Shown: positions 19,762 to 29,092, numbered from the stretch's first letter. The stretch is 64,000 bases of DNA from Patescibacteria group bacterium (GCA_041661385.1 JBAZUP010000002.1:14670-78669), one strand, 5' to 3'. The notes: generated from the sequence alone by a model not told the origin. A program made the numbers and translations.

Positions 19762-20253
19762 TTATTCAAGCCACTTGTGTTGCTGTACGAGTTTACATTT
19801 TTTCCAACATTTTCCAATGCCAAATGTTGACCCTGGTTCTTCAGCTACGAAAGCCAGTCCAAGAAAAACGATCGCATAGAGAATGTGTTCGTCTAAAAAG
19901 GGGTGATTTACTGGCGGTATTAAAGCGATATACATATATAAAACTAAGAGAGCGCCAGAAACACCGGCAATTTTAACTCCGGCGCCGAGAGTCATAGCAA
20001 GACCAATACCAAGCAGGCCAAGCATAAAAAACCAGTCAACTACCATGTTCCCGGCCAGACTGCTAAATACCTCGGCAAATGGTCCGTGGGCTCCAAATTT
20101 TAGAAAGCCATAGGTCGGCGAAACACCGTCTAGCCAGGTTTTTCCGGCCACGGTTGCAAATCCTAGGCCAAACATTTTATCGAGAAATGCCCACAGAAAT
20201 AGCAACCCAAAGTAGAGCCGCGCCATGACCCAAAATATTTTTATGCGTGTCAT
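19762..20253 (-). CDS. Small integral membrane protein, possibly DoxX-like
   Basis: 163 aa with 4 predicted TM helices and a Cys-rich tail (GKCWKKCK). Family assignment is tentative. Confidence 0.45.
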   Translation of the reverse strand: MTRIKIFWVMARLYFGLLFLWAFLDKMFGLGFATVAGKTWLDGVSPTYGFLKFGAHGPFAEVFSSLAGNMVVDWFFMLGLLGIGLAMTLGAGVKIAGVSGALLVLYMYIALIPPVNHPFLDEHILYAIVFLGLAFVAEEPGSTFGIGKCWKKCKLVQQHKWLE

Positions 20254-20268
20254 ATTTTAATTTTTTAA

Positions 20269-20970
20269 TTAGCGAATATAAACTTCGGCAATGTGAGCGC
20301 GGAATTGTTCGGCGAGATCCATTGTTTCTTTTTCACTAAAGGGGTGGTAATTGCCAAAGACCGGATTCAATGTTGTTTCCGGTCGGAAGGTCTGCAAGTA
20401 AAGTTTTTTTGCGCCCTTCAATAGTCGACACATTTCAATTATTACATCTGGGGTATGGACCTCTTTTACTAGGGTAGTGCGGAATTCATATTCAATTCCG
20501 CTGTCTTGTATTAAGCGAATACTTTCGGCGATTTGCTGTTCGGCTGCCCAAGGGCCAACCAGACCCTGGTATCTTGGAAGTGAAGTTTTCACATCCATAG
20601 CGATATAGTCGAGTAAGTTTTTGGCCAAAAGTTTTTTTAAGACTGCCGGTCGGTTACCATTGCTGTCGAGTTTAACCAAATAATTACGGGATTTAATTTT
20701 TTCAATAAATTGCTCAAGGTCAGACATGAGAGTTGGCTCGCCGCCCGAAACAACTACCCCATCAAGAAGGGTAGTGCGTTGATCCAAAAAGTTAAAAAAC
20801 GCTTCCTCCGTAATAAAATTCGGACGAAGCGCTGCAACCTTTTCCGGAAGAACAAATTCTGGATTGTGGCAGTAACCGCAACGGAAGTTGCAACCCGGGG
20901 TGAAAACAATGCAACTGACTTTGCCCGGGTAATCAAGTACGGTAAACGGCTGAATGCCGCTTAAGAGCAT
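20269..20970 (-). CDS. nrdG: Anaerobic ribonucleoside-triphosphate reductase activating protein (radical SAM)
   Basis: CNFRCGYCHN (CxxxCxxC) radical-SAM cluster motif. Directly downstream of nrdD. Confidence 0.85.
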   Translation of the reverse strand: MLLSGIQPFTVLDYPGKVSCIVFTPGCNFRCGYCHNPEFVLPEKVAALRPNFITEEAFFNFLDQRTTLLDGVVVSGGEPTLMSDLEQFIEKIKSRNYLVKLDSNGNRPAVLKKLLAKNLLDYIAMDVKTSLPRYQGLVGPWAAEQQIAESIRLIQDSGIEYEFRTTLVKEVHTPDVIIEMCRLLKGAKKLYLQTFRPETTLNPVFGNYHPFSEKETMDLAEQFRAHIAEVYIR

Positions 20971-21158
20971 AATTTGTATTGTTCGTTAAATTCATGGTTC
21001 GCAACCATTGCTTCGGTGAAGTGTTTGCGTGAGACATGTTCGGATTTCTTGCCGGTATTAAAATGCGATACCGGGCGGTGATAACCCATAACACGAGTCC
21101 ATACTTCACAGCGAGTTCGCTCGGCTGTGACTAATTGTGCTGCAGCTGCGGCTGACAT
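20961..21158 (-). CDS. Free-standing C-terminal glycyl-radical domain fragment of NrdD
   Basis: TRVMGYHRPVSHFNTGKKSE matches the class III RNR glycyl-radical motif (RVxGY..F..GK). It is in the same frame as nrdD but separated from it by TAA (21198-21200) and TAG (21171-21173). There is no SD in front. Confidence 0.55.
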   Translation of the reverse strand: MSAAAAAQLVTAERTRCEVWTRVMGYHRPVSHFNTGKKSEHVSRKHFTEAMVANHEFNEQYKLCS

Positions 21159-21197
21159 ATATTTGACAAGCTAAATATAATTATTTAAAAAATGTAG

Positions 21198-23318
21198 TTA
21201 TCGCGAGGAGGATTTGCTTTGGTGACGGGCGCGCCATTCAGCATCAAGGTGCGGTGCGTCGTTGTTAATTCCGAGCTCCGCGTCGCATTTCGGGCACCAG
21301 TCGTATTCTCCAATCAGGTAGCCATGTTTTGGACAAATTGAGAATGTCGGGGTAATGGTGATATAAGGGAGTCGAAAGTTAGTAAGAATTTTTCGAACCA
21401 GAGTGCGGCAAGTTTCTGGTGAGCTAACTTTTTCAGACATGTAGCAGTGTAATACTGTACCACCGGTGTATTTGGTTTGTAAACCGTCTTGCAGGCGGAG
21501 CACTTCGAACATGTCGTCGGAATAGCCAACCGGAACTTGCGATGAATTGGTGTAAAACGGAGCTTCGGGAGTGCCAGCCTGGAGAATTCCGGCAAAGCGT
21601 TTTTGATCTTCTTTGGCAAAACGGTAAGTGGCGCCTTCGGCCGGGGTTGCCTCAAGATTATACAGGTTTTTTGTTTCTTCTTGAAAATCCTGAAGTTTGG
21701 CGCGCATAAAGTCGAGAATCTCACCGGCAAACTCCTGGCCCCAGGCGGTAGTGATATTTTCTTTGTCATCGGTGAAGTTTCGAATCGCTTCATTGATACC
21801 GTTTACGCCGATGGTTGAAAAATGATTCTTCAGATTGCCGAGGTAGCGTTTGGTATAAGGGAAAAGTCCGCCATCAATCCATTTTTGGATTTCTTTACGT
21901 TTTAATTCTAAAGAGGTTTTTCCCAGTTCCATGAGATAAGCAATTCGTTCCAAGAATTTTGCTTTATCTCCTTTGTGCATGTAGCCGATGCGGGCAGCGG
22001 AAATAGTGACCACACCAATTGAACCAGTCATTTCGGCCGAGCCAAAGAGTCCGCCACCGCGTTTGCGTAATTCTTTTAAATCGAGTTGCAAACGGCAACA
22101 CATGGAGCGAACGTCGGCGGGGTTTAAATCTGAATTGATAAAGTTTTGGAAATAAGGAGTGCCGTATTTAGCGGTCATTTCGAAGAGGGGGAGAGTCTTG
22201 GGATCAGTCCAGTCGAAATCTTTGGTGATATTGTAAGTTGGAATCGGGAAGGTGAAGGTGCGGCCTTTGGAATCACCGTTGGTCATGACTTCAACAAAAG
22301 CGAGATTGATTATGTCCATTTCTTTTTGCAATTCTCCAAATTTAAAAGCAAAAGGTTTGCCGCCGAGGAGGAGTCGCTTTTCTTTCAGGTCGGTCGGTAC
22401 CGTCCAGTCGAGAGTGATATTGGTAAAAGGAGTTTGAGTGCCCCAGCGGGATGGAATATTCAGGTTAAAGACAAAAGACTGCATGTTCTGGTAAACGTAT
22501 TCGTAAACCTTTTTTTCAATGTGCTTTTCTTTTGCTGCTTCGTCTTTAAATACCAAACCACTTTCTTCAACATCTTTGCGTAATTCAAGTTCAAATTTTC
22601 TAACAAACGGCGCAAGGTATGTATCGAAACTTGAAAAGGCTTGTGCACCGGCCCATTCATTTTGGAGAGTGCCGAGAAAATTTACCATCTGAGCAACTGC
22701 TGAGGAAAGGTGTTTTGGTGGACCGCTTTCAATTTTGCCTGGAACGCCGTTGAAACCTTCTTCAAGCAGAGCGCGCAAGCTCCAGCCGGCGCAATAGCCA
22801 GAAAACATGTCTAGATCATGAATGTGCACGTCGGCATTGCGGTGCGCGTCACCAACGTACTTCGGATAGATGTGAGAAAGCCAATAATTAGCGGTAACTT
22901 TGCCGGCGGTGTTTAAAATCATGCCACCGAGCGAATATCCTTGGTTAGAATTAGCGTTTACGCGCCAGTCTAGCTGGTTTAAGTATTCAGAAATGGTCTT
23001 TTCTACCTCAACTACAACATTTTTTTCCTGACGGACCTCACTACGTTTCTGGCGGTAAATGATAAACGATTTTGCTACCGCGCTGTAATCATAATTGATG
23101 AGTTTTTGTTCCACAATGTCCTGAGCATCTTCAACGTGTGGTACAGTATCGACATATTTTTTTTCAAGTTCGGCAATTACATCGGCGGCGATGGTCGCGG
23201 CGGCAGCTGTGTCTGGTGTGCCGACGGAATTGAATGCTTTTATAATTGCATTTTCAATTTTCTTCGGATCAAAGTCAATTACGGCGCCGTTGCGTTTTTG
23301 GATCTTGTGAATAGGCAT
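21198..23318 (-). CDS. nrdD: Anaerobic ribonucleoside-triphosphate reductase NrdD (class III), lacking its glycyl-radical C-terminus
   Basis: 706 aa. N-terminal ATP cone, class III RNR core, C-terminal Zn ribbon CPKHGY...CPKCD. Promoter TTGAAG-17-TATAAT and RBS GAGGG upstream on the minus strand (about 23330-23400). Confidence 0.85.
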   Translation of the reverse strand: MPIHKIQKRNGAVIDFDPKKIENAIIKAFNSVGTPDTAAAATIAADVIAELEKKYVDTVPHVEDAQDIVEQKLINYDYSAVAKSFIIYRQKRSEVRQEKNVVVEVEKTISEYLNQLDWRVNANSNQGYSLGGMILNTAGKVTANYWLSHIYPKYVGDAHRNADVHIHDLDMFSGYCAGWSLRALLEEGFNGVPGKIESGPPKHLSSAVAQMVNFLGTLQNEWAGAQAFSSFDTYLAPFVRKFELELRKDVEESGLVFKDEAAKEKHIEKKVYEYVYQNMQSFVFNLNIPSRWGTQTPFTNITLDWTVPTDLKEKRLLLGGKPFAFKFGELQKEMDIINLAFVEVMTNGDSKGRTFTFPIPTYNITKDFDWTDPKTLPLFEMTAKYGTPYFQNFINSDLNPADVRSMCCRLQLDLKELRKRGGGLFGSAEMTGSIGVVTISAARIGYMHKGDKAKFLERIAYLMELGKTSLELKRKEIQKWIDGGLFPYTKRYLGNLKNHFSTIGVNGINEAIRNFTDDKENITTAWGQEFAGEILDFMRAKLQDFQEETKNLYNLEATPAEGATYRFAKEDQKRFAGILQAGTPEAPFYTNSSQVPVGYSDDMFEVLRLQDGLQTKYTGGTVLHCYMSEKVSSPETCRTLVRKILTNFRLPYITITPTFSICPKHGYLIGEYDWCPKCDAELGINNDAPHLDAEWRARHQSKSSSR

Positions 23319-23591
23319 AAATTAGTCCCTCGGGGTTAAAGATGAAGAAAATTTTTGGTAGAGAAATTATACCACTAGCCACTTCTATCTTCAATGGTAA
23401 AAACTGCAAAAAATTATGGCTTACTTAAGCGGAAAAAAACCAAGTAATAAGTTATCCACAGTTAGCAAATAAAAAAAACATTTAGTGGTTGAATATTTAT
23501 TCAAACACTACCGGTAGTATTTGAAACCAATACAAATTGGAATGGTGCTGTCAAGATAGTTTTTTTACTAAAAAAGTGCATAACTTTTGGA

Positions 23592-23625
23592 TAAAAAAAT
23601 CCCGTCATTTATAAATGGCGGGATA
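23592..23625 (-). terminator. Intrinsic terminator after pyrD
   Basis: ATCCCGCCATTTATAAATGACGGGAT hairpin followed by a T-run on the minus strand. Confidence 0.65.
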
Positions 23626-23638
23626 ATATTTTTAAAAT

Positions 23639-24739
23639 TTATTTTCCTTTTCCAACTGCTTCAGAAATATTTTTGAATCCGTCTTCTTGCAAAAGTTTGC
23701 CAAGTCCATCGTTAATTTTTTTAATCGTCATTGGGCCGCCATAAATGAAACCGGTCATAACTTGAACTGCCGAGGCGCCTAGTTTAATCTTGCGGTATGC
23801 ATCTTCGGCGGTAAATATGCCACCCACGCCGATAATCTTCAGCTTTCCCTGGCTTTCGCCATAAATTTGGCTAATTTTAGCATCGCTTTCGGCTTGAAGT
23901 AGTCGGCCAGAGATGCCACCCGGGTGGTCTAATTCAGTATTTTTACTCTTAAAATTAAGTCCGGAGCGGATCTTGAGGAGGTTGGTCGCGATAATGCCGG
24001 TAAGGCCGCTTTTAATACAGGCGGCAACAATACGTCGGATATCTTGCTCTGAACTGTGGGGCCCGATTTTAATAAAAACATCTTTATTAATACCGCGAAG
24101 TTTCATTAAGGTATAAACTTTTTCTAGCAGTTCCTCAATAAAATTTATTTGAGCAAATTGATCATGTTTCGCCACATTCGGGCAACTGACATTTAAAGTG
24201 ATATAGTCGGCGAAAGGATGAAGATGATCTAGGGTTTTTAAATAATCATCGGCAAGGTCGGCAAGTTCAATTCCGGTTGAAGGCGCAATACTGATTCCAT
24301 AAGGAACAGGTCGATTTACCAACAAAGAGATTTTTTCAGAGGTTTTGATGGCTCCGGAATTAGATAAGCCATAATTAACGATTAACCCTTTATCTTTGGG
24401 TATTCGCCACAGGCGTGGGGGCGGATTGCCGGGTTGTTCATTATAAGTAATGGATCCGAGTTCGGCAAAACCAAAACCGAGCATGGGGTAGGCGAGTGGC
24501 GCTTCAATATATTTATCAAAACCGGCTGCGAGTCCGACTGGGCTTTCCAAATTCAAACTTCCAATTTTAGTGTGTAGTTTTTTGTCGGTGTTTGCTAGAT
24601 ATTTATGAAGAAAATTATATAGGGGTTTTTGGCGACTTGCCAAACCTAGGCCGTTTATTACGGCGTGGTGGATTTTTTCTGGGTCGGTAAAACGAAAGAG
24701 GATTGGTCGAATGATGTGTTGATAAGGCATAGCAGACAT
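23639..24739 (-). CDS. pyrD: Dihydroorotate dehydrogenase (quinone-type, class 2)
   Basis: 366 aa. N-terminal extension typical of class 2. GLAAGFDK, NYGLSN and GGI..A motifs of the DHOD TIM barrel. Confidence 0.8.
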   Translation of the reverse strand: MSAMPYQHIIRPILFRFTDPEKIHHAVINGLGLASRQKPLYNFLHKYLANTDKKLHTKIGSLNLESPVGLAAGFDKYIEAPLAYPMLGFGFAELGSITYNEQPGNPPPRLWRIPKDKGLIVNYGLSNSGAIKTSEKISLLVNRPVPYGISIAPSTGIELADLADDYLKTLDHLHPFADYITLNVSCPNVAKHDQFAQINFIEELLEKVYTLMKLRGINKDVFIKIGPHSSEQDIRRIVAACIKSGLTGIIATNLLKIRSGLNFKSKNTELDHPGGISGRLLQAESDAKISQIYGESQGKLKIIGVGGIFTAEDAYRKIKLGASAVQVMTGFIYGGPMTIKKINDGLGKLLQEDGFKNISEAVGKGK

Positions 24740-24771
24740 AGAATAGCATTATTTGGGTAATATTCAAAATT

Positions 24772-24810
24772 AAAAAAACCACCAAATTACTTTGGTAGTT
24801 TTTATTTTTC
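24772..24810. terminator. Bidirectional terminator
   Basis: AAAAAAACCACCAAATTACTTTGGTAGTTTTTATTTTT. Confidence 0.6.
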
Positions 24811-24896
24811 TCTGAACCGTTCTCATCTATAGATAGTGTGTCTACAAATGAGAGCGAACGGTCCAGAATGGAGTCTGGTCGGTCGGTCTCTTTAAC

Positions 24897-25301
24897 TTAT
24901 GGATCAAGCCTGAAAGGGATAATCCACCTCAACTTTTCCCTCTCGTTTGAGAGGGTGGCGATTTGGGCGTTGGTGAAGAGTGTTCGAATCAGGGTCTTCT
25001 TTTCTTGGTCAGAGGTATTTTCATACCTGCCGAGGTTCGGAATGTGGCAAAAAAGGCCATTTTTTTCGTTCGCTACCCCAATGTCGTATTTGATTTTTGC
25101 CCAGCCATCGTGAAGCAAGCGAGGTTCATCCTTCACAAGAAGGGCAAATAATCGTTCGAGCGCTTCCTTATCGGTGGTTGCCACCATCCTTCTTTCAAAG
25201 GTAAGGAGCACGCCATCACGCTCGAGGTAGTAGATCCTTCTTGGTTGCCATCCTTCTGGGTCATCTAGAACAGCCGCTAAAGTTTCACCGATTTTACACA
25301 T
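24897..25301 (-). CDS. Hypothetical protein (134 aa), second gene of the operon divergent from lexA, in a GC-richer segment
   Basis: ATG at 25301 preceded by GGAGG. It overlaps the stop of the upstream ORF (translational coupling). The ORF track shows a longer 150-aa version. Confidence 0.45.
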   Translation of the reverse strand: MCKIGETLAAVLDDPEGWQPRRIYYLERDGVLLTFERRMVATTDKEALERLFALLVKDEPRLLHDGWAKIKYDIGVANEKNGLFCHIPNLGRYENTSDQEKKTLIRTLFTNAQIATLSNEREKLRWIIPFRLDP

Positions 25302-25710
25302 AGTGTGTCCTCCAGGGGTTGGAAATGAACCGGCTGTACTTTGGCTCAAGAATTACCATCAGTAGGATATCGTGTGGAGTCTTATCATCTTTATGTTTCA
25401 ACTGCAGGTAAACCTTGTAGAAATAAATTGCGGCCAAATGGGCGCCTGAGAAGTAAGATTGCACCTCACCGGTGTCTGGCAATCGGCAAAGAGTCCTTCT
25501 CCTGTTTACTTCTACGGTGACATGTTCAATTTGGTATTTGCATCCAGCAAGATTCAAATAATAATCAGAGTCACAGATGATCTCATCACCTTTGGCTTTG
25601 AGAATCTCTGTAAAAATATTTCCCGGCATGGTCACGCGGTTGGCGTTTGTTTTTTTCCAGCCGTGCCAAAGTTTTCCCAAAATTTCAAGGAGCCTTTCCT
25701 TGTATTTCAT
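25294..25710 (-). CDS. Hypothetical protein (138 aa), first gene of the operon divergent from lexA
   Basis: ATG preceded by GGAGG (minus strand). No recognisable domain. Confidence 0.45.
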   Translation of the reverse strand: MKYKERLLEILGKLWHGWKKTNANRVTMPGNIFTEILKAKGDEIICDSDYYLNLAGCKYQIEHVTVEVNRRRTLCRLPDTGEVQSYFSGAHLAAIYFYKVYLQLKHKDDKTPHDILLMVILEPKYSRFISNPWRTHYV

Positions 25711-25788
25711 AGCTTCCTCCGAGAGTGGAAATACTTGCTAATCCTCGCATAGAAACCGGCTTTAGTCAATGGTGGGGAAGTTATCCAC

Positions 25789-25817
25789 TTGACGGGTGAA
25801 CAACTGTTCACTATAAT
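25789..25817 (+). promoter_or_regulatory. lexA promoter (TTGACG-17-TATAAT) with an embedded Cheo-type LexA box GAACAACTGTTC (25798-25809)
   Basis: GAAC-N4-GTTC is the SOS-box type of Gram-positive-like LexA. It sits in the spacer of a near-consensus promoter 24 nt upstream of the lexA ATG. Confidence 0.7.
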
Positions 25818-25840
25818 ACCTTTTGTCATTAAAACATCTT

Positions 25841-26416
25841 ATGAATTTCCCAAAATATTTTTCATCTCTACTCACGTTCTATCGCAAGCATGGCTACCTG
25901 CCTAGCTTTCGTGAGATGCTCAAACTTACTGGTCTAAAGTCAACCAATGCCATTGCCAAGCATTTCAGCGCTTGGGTTAAAGGTGGTCTTCTGTACAAAG
26001 ATCATAATGGCCGGTTTACTTTGGCAGATTCAATTCTGGGTTTGCCCCTTCTCGGTACGGTAGAGGCCGGTTGGCCATCTGCCGCCGAGGAGGAGTTAGC
26101 AGACACTATGGATCTCGATGAATTTCTTATTCATAATCGTGAAGCCACTTACATGTTAACTGTTTCCGGTGAATCCATGATTGACGCCGGCATTAATCCC
26201 AAAGATTTGGTTTTGGTGGAGCGGGGTCGGGAGCCAAAAGATGGCGATATCGTCATTGCGGAAATTGATTCCGGTTGGACTATGAAATATTTCTATAAAA
26301 AGGGCGGTCAAGTTAGTCTCGAACCAGCCAATAAAAAGTTTAAAACCATTTATCCAAAGAACGAACTTAAAATCGCCGCCGTCGTTACCGCCGTTATTCG
26401 TAAATATCATTCATAA
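25841..26416 (+). CDS. lexA: LexA repressor (S24 peptidase)
   Basis: N-terminal wHTH, VEAG self-cleavage region, catalytic GESM (Ser) ... K dyad. ATG at 25841; the track ORF starts at an in-frame TTG 25823 that overlaps the promoter. Confidence 0.85.
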   Translation: MNFPKYFSSLLTFYRKHGYLPSFREMLKLTGLKSTNAIAKHFSAWVKGGLLYKDHNGRFTLADSILGLPLLGTVEAGWPSAAEEELADTMDLDEFLIHNREATYMLTVSGESMIDAGINPKDLVLVERGREPKDGDIVIAEIDSGWTMKYFYKKGGQVSLEPANKKFKTIYPKNELKIAAVVTAVIRKYHS

Positions 26417-26575
26417 ATAATAATAATATGATTAAAACATCACCACGAAAAAGATATACTTCCTGCCGCAAGTTTCAGCTTGGGTATGTAGTAAAGGGGT
26501 CACCAAGCTTTTTTCAACGACTCCAAAGACTAAACCGGCATAATTTTTTGACGCGCGTATTAGGTTAGAAAATTT

Positions 26576-27880
26576 ATGCCGCTCTCTATTCATTCCTATC
26601 CGAGGGCTCTTCTTCATATTGATGGGGATGCTTTTTTTGCCTCTTGTGAGCAATCTCGTAATCCGGCCTGGCGCGGTCGGCCGGTTATTTGCGGTAAAGA
26701 ACGCGGCATTGCCGCCTCCATGAGTTATGAGGCAAAAGCCAGGGGAGTAACACGGGCGATGCGGCTCTCGGAAATCTTGCGTCTTTGCCCAGATGCAATA
26801 ATTCTCCCGTCCGACTATGAAACCTATAGTCTGCTTTCCAAAAGGTTTTTTGCGATTGTGCGCCGCTATACTTCGGAGGTAGAAGAAAATGGCATTGATG
26901 AATGTTTTGCTGACATTACCGGTCTGCGCAGTGTTTATCACAGCAGTTATGAAAAAATCGCGCAAGAAATAAAAAAAGCGATTGATGCTGAACTCGGGTT
27001 TACTTTTTCGGTCGGCCTCGCTCCCACCAAGGTGCTCGCCAAAATTGCTTCCAATTATAAAAAGCCATCTGGCTTTACGGCAATTCCGGCCCGTGAAGCG
27101 CATTTATTTTTAAAAAATTTACCCACCCAAAAAATTTGGGGTATTGGGCCGGCAACTTCTGCCCTGCTTAGTAAACTCGGCAAACATACTGCGCTAGATT
27201 TTGCTTCGGCGAATGAACAATGGGTAAAACACAATTTAACTAAACCAATTTATGAAATTTGGCAGGAATTAAATGGCAAACCGGTTTACAATCTGAATTT
27301 AGAAGCCAAATCCGATTACGCCAGTATTCAAAAAACTAAAACCTTTACCCCGTCATCTAATGATCGGAATTTTGTTTTTTCTCAGCTGTCCAAAAATGTT
27401 GAAAACGCGCTTATCAAGGCGCGGCGCTACCATCTTGCGGCGAGCGAAGCCTATATTTTTGTTAAAACTCAGGATTTTAATTATTACGGTGTTGAATTGA
27501 AGTTTTCGCAGGCGACCAGTGTGCCGATGGATATTATAAAGAACGCCGAAGAAGTGTTTGATAAAATTTTTAGCAAACGAAAGCAATACCGCGCGACTGG
27601 AATAATACTCACCAAGCTCGGCGCCGAAAATCGTCAGCCGGATTTGTTTGGTAGTTTTCTAAAAGTAGAAAAGTTTATGAAGATTTATAAAGGAATAGAT
27701 GAACTTTCGGCGCGTTATGGCAAGCATACCCTATTTCTTGGAACTAGTTTTGAAGCGCAAAAGTTTGGCGCGCATCTCGGGCAAAGAGGAGATGAACCTG
27801 AACGTAAAAAACAAATGTTACTCGGTGAAAGCAAACGCCGCCGGCTTGGAATTCCGATGTGGCTTGGGGCGGTGGGTTGA
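26576..27880 (+). CDS. dinB: DNA polymerase IV (Y-family translesion polymerase)
   Basis: HIDGDAFFASCEQ N-terminus, Y-family palm/fingers/little-finger domains, ~80-aa C-terminal extension. Confidence 0.9.
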   Translation: MPLSIHSYPRALLHIDGDAFFASCEQSRNPAWRGRPVICGKERGIAASMSYEAKARGVTRAMRLSEILRLCPDAIILPSDYETYSLLSKRFFAIVRRYTSEVEENGIDECFADITGLRSVYHSSYEKIAQEIKKAIDAELGFTFSVGLAPTKVLAKIASNYKKPSGFTAIPAREAHLFLKNLPTQKIWGIGPATSALLSKLGKHTALDFASANEQWVKHNLTKPIYEIWQELNGKPVYNLNLEAKSDYASIQKTKTFTPSSNDRNFVFSQLSKNVENALIKARRYHLAASEAYIFVKTQDFNYYGVELKFSQATSVPMDIIKNAEEVFDKIFSKRKQYRATGIILTKLGAENRQPDLFGSFLKVEKFMKIYKGIDELSARYGKHTLFLGTSFEAQKFGAHLGQRGDEPERKKQMLLGESKRRRLGIPMWLGAVG

Positions 27881-27944
27881 AAGTAACAATCTTTACAAAT
27901 ACTATATATAATGATAGTTTCAAACCACAGGAGGAATTACCGAG

Positions 27945-28214
27945 ATGACAAACGAGCTGTTGAGCAGCGGTGACTTGCAGTTTTTGAAGAAATTGTCGCA
28001 TGGCATGACGCTCAGCGAGTTGTTTGAAAAAAAGGGGATTATTCGTTCGGGCATTCTCATTACTCGTATAATTAGACTCGCAAAACGAGGCTACGTCACC
28101 TTCGGCGAAGGTCGTTTTGCTTGCAGCTCTCCAAGATGTGTCCCAACCATTGCGGGAGAAGGGGAAGTCATTAGGAGTGAGTTCGAGGAGGATCCTTTTT
28201 GGAAAAATCGGTAA
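27945..28214 (+). CDS. Small hypothetical protein (89 aa), GC-rich islet
   Basis: RBS CAGGAGG. Possible helix-turn-helix-like segment LSELFEKKGIIRSGILITRIIRLAKRG. It has its own terminator. Confidence 0.4.
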   Translation: MTNELLSSGDLQFLKKLSHGMTLSELFEKKGIIRSGILITRIIRLAKRGYVTFGEGRFACSSPRCVPTIAGEGEVIRSEFEEDPFWKNR

Positions 28215-28252
28215 AAATAAACTATGGAGGCTGCATTTCGCAGCCTCCATAG
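28212..28252. terminator. Bidirectional terminator
   Basis: ATGGAGGCTGCATTTCGCAGCCTCCAT perfect hairpin, with a T-run on the minus-strand side. Confidence 0.6.
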
Positions 28253-28288
28253 TAGAATCACTTTAAAGAAGTGGTTTTTTTTATTGTG

Positions 28289-29092
28289 TTATTTTAATAA
28301 TAATCCGCCATCTACCACCATCATGGAGCCGGTCATGTATGAAGCGGCGTCGGAAGCGAGGAAAATAGTAGCAGTCGCGATTTCGTCTGGTTCTCCCATG
28401 CGTTTCATCGGCACATCCATCGGCGCAAATGAAGGCGCGTCTGGGTTCTCGGCAGCTTTCGTCGCACCTTGAGACATTTTTTCAACTCCTTCGGTACGTA
28501 TTCCACCCGGAGCAATACAATTTATTCTTATATTATGTTTCGCTGTCTCAAGAGCAAAGTTTTTGGTAAAACCCCATACGCCATGTTTAGAAGCGTCGTA
28601 CGCGGCAAGACCAATTGAACTGGGGTGTAAAGCATCTACTGAAGCAATGTTAACGATTGAACCCGAAATGCCAGTTTTGATCATGAGTTTGGCGGCCTCG
28701 CGTGAACAAAGAAAAGTCCCGCGCAAATTAATTGCCTGAGTTTTTTCCCAAAGAGCCAAATCCATTTCAAGAACCGGTTTTATCGGATAAATTCCGGCGT
28801 TGTTTACCAGAACATCAATTTTTTTAAAAGTTTTTTCAACTGTCTTAAAAAGTTTTATTACTTCTTTTTCTGAACTGATATCGGTTTTAACAAAAAATAC
28901 TTTAGAACCGTAGGTTTTTGTTAGTAATTCAGCTTTTTTCTTTCCGTCTTTATTTACGTCCGCAAGTATAATTGTCGAACCGGCCTCGGCAAATCTTTTT
29001 GCTATTCCATAACCGATTCCCATTGATCCGCCGGTTATAATTACTACCTTATTAGCAAAGTTAAATAATTCAATAAATGTTTTCTTAGTCAT
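28289..29092 (-). CDS. SDR-family NAD(P)-dependent oxidoreductase
   Basis: TGGSMGIG cofactor motif, catalytic YDASK (YxxxK), NNAG. Confidence 0.85.
   Translation of the reverse strand: MTKKTFIELFNFANKVVIITGGSMGIGYGIAKRFAEAGSTIILADVNKDGKKKAELLTKTYGSKVFFVKTDISSEKEVIKLFKTVEKTFKKIDVLVNNAGIYPIKPVLEMDLALWEKTQAINLRGTFLCSREAAKLMIKTGISGSIVNIASVDALHPSSIGLAAYDASKHGVWGFTKNFALETAKHNIRINCIAPGGIRTEGVEKMSQGATKAAENPDAPSFAPMDVPMKRMGEPDEIATATIFLASDAASYMTGSMMVVDGGLLLK

Noticed and set aside
21314-21793. 159-aa minus-strand ORF inside nrdD in another frame
   Set aside because: Alternate frame of nrdD. The protein is a Lys/Pro-rich low-complexity sequence.
26432-27103. 223-aa minus-strand ORF overlapping dinB
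   Set aside because: Antisense to a confidently identified dinB, with no RBS and low-complexity composition.
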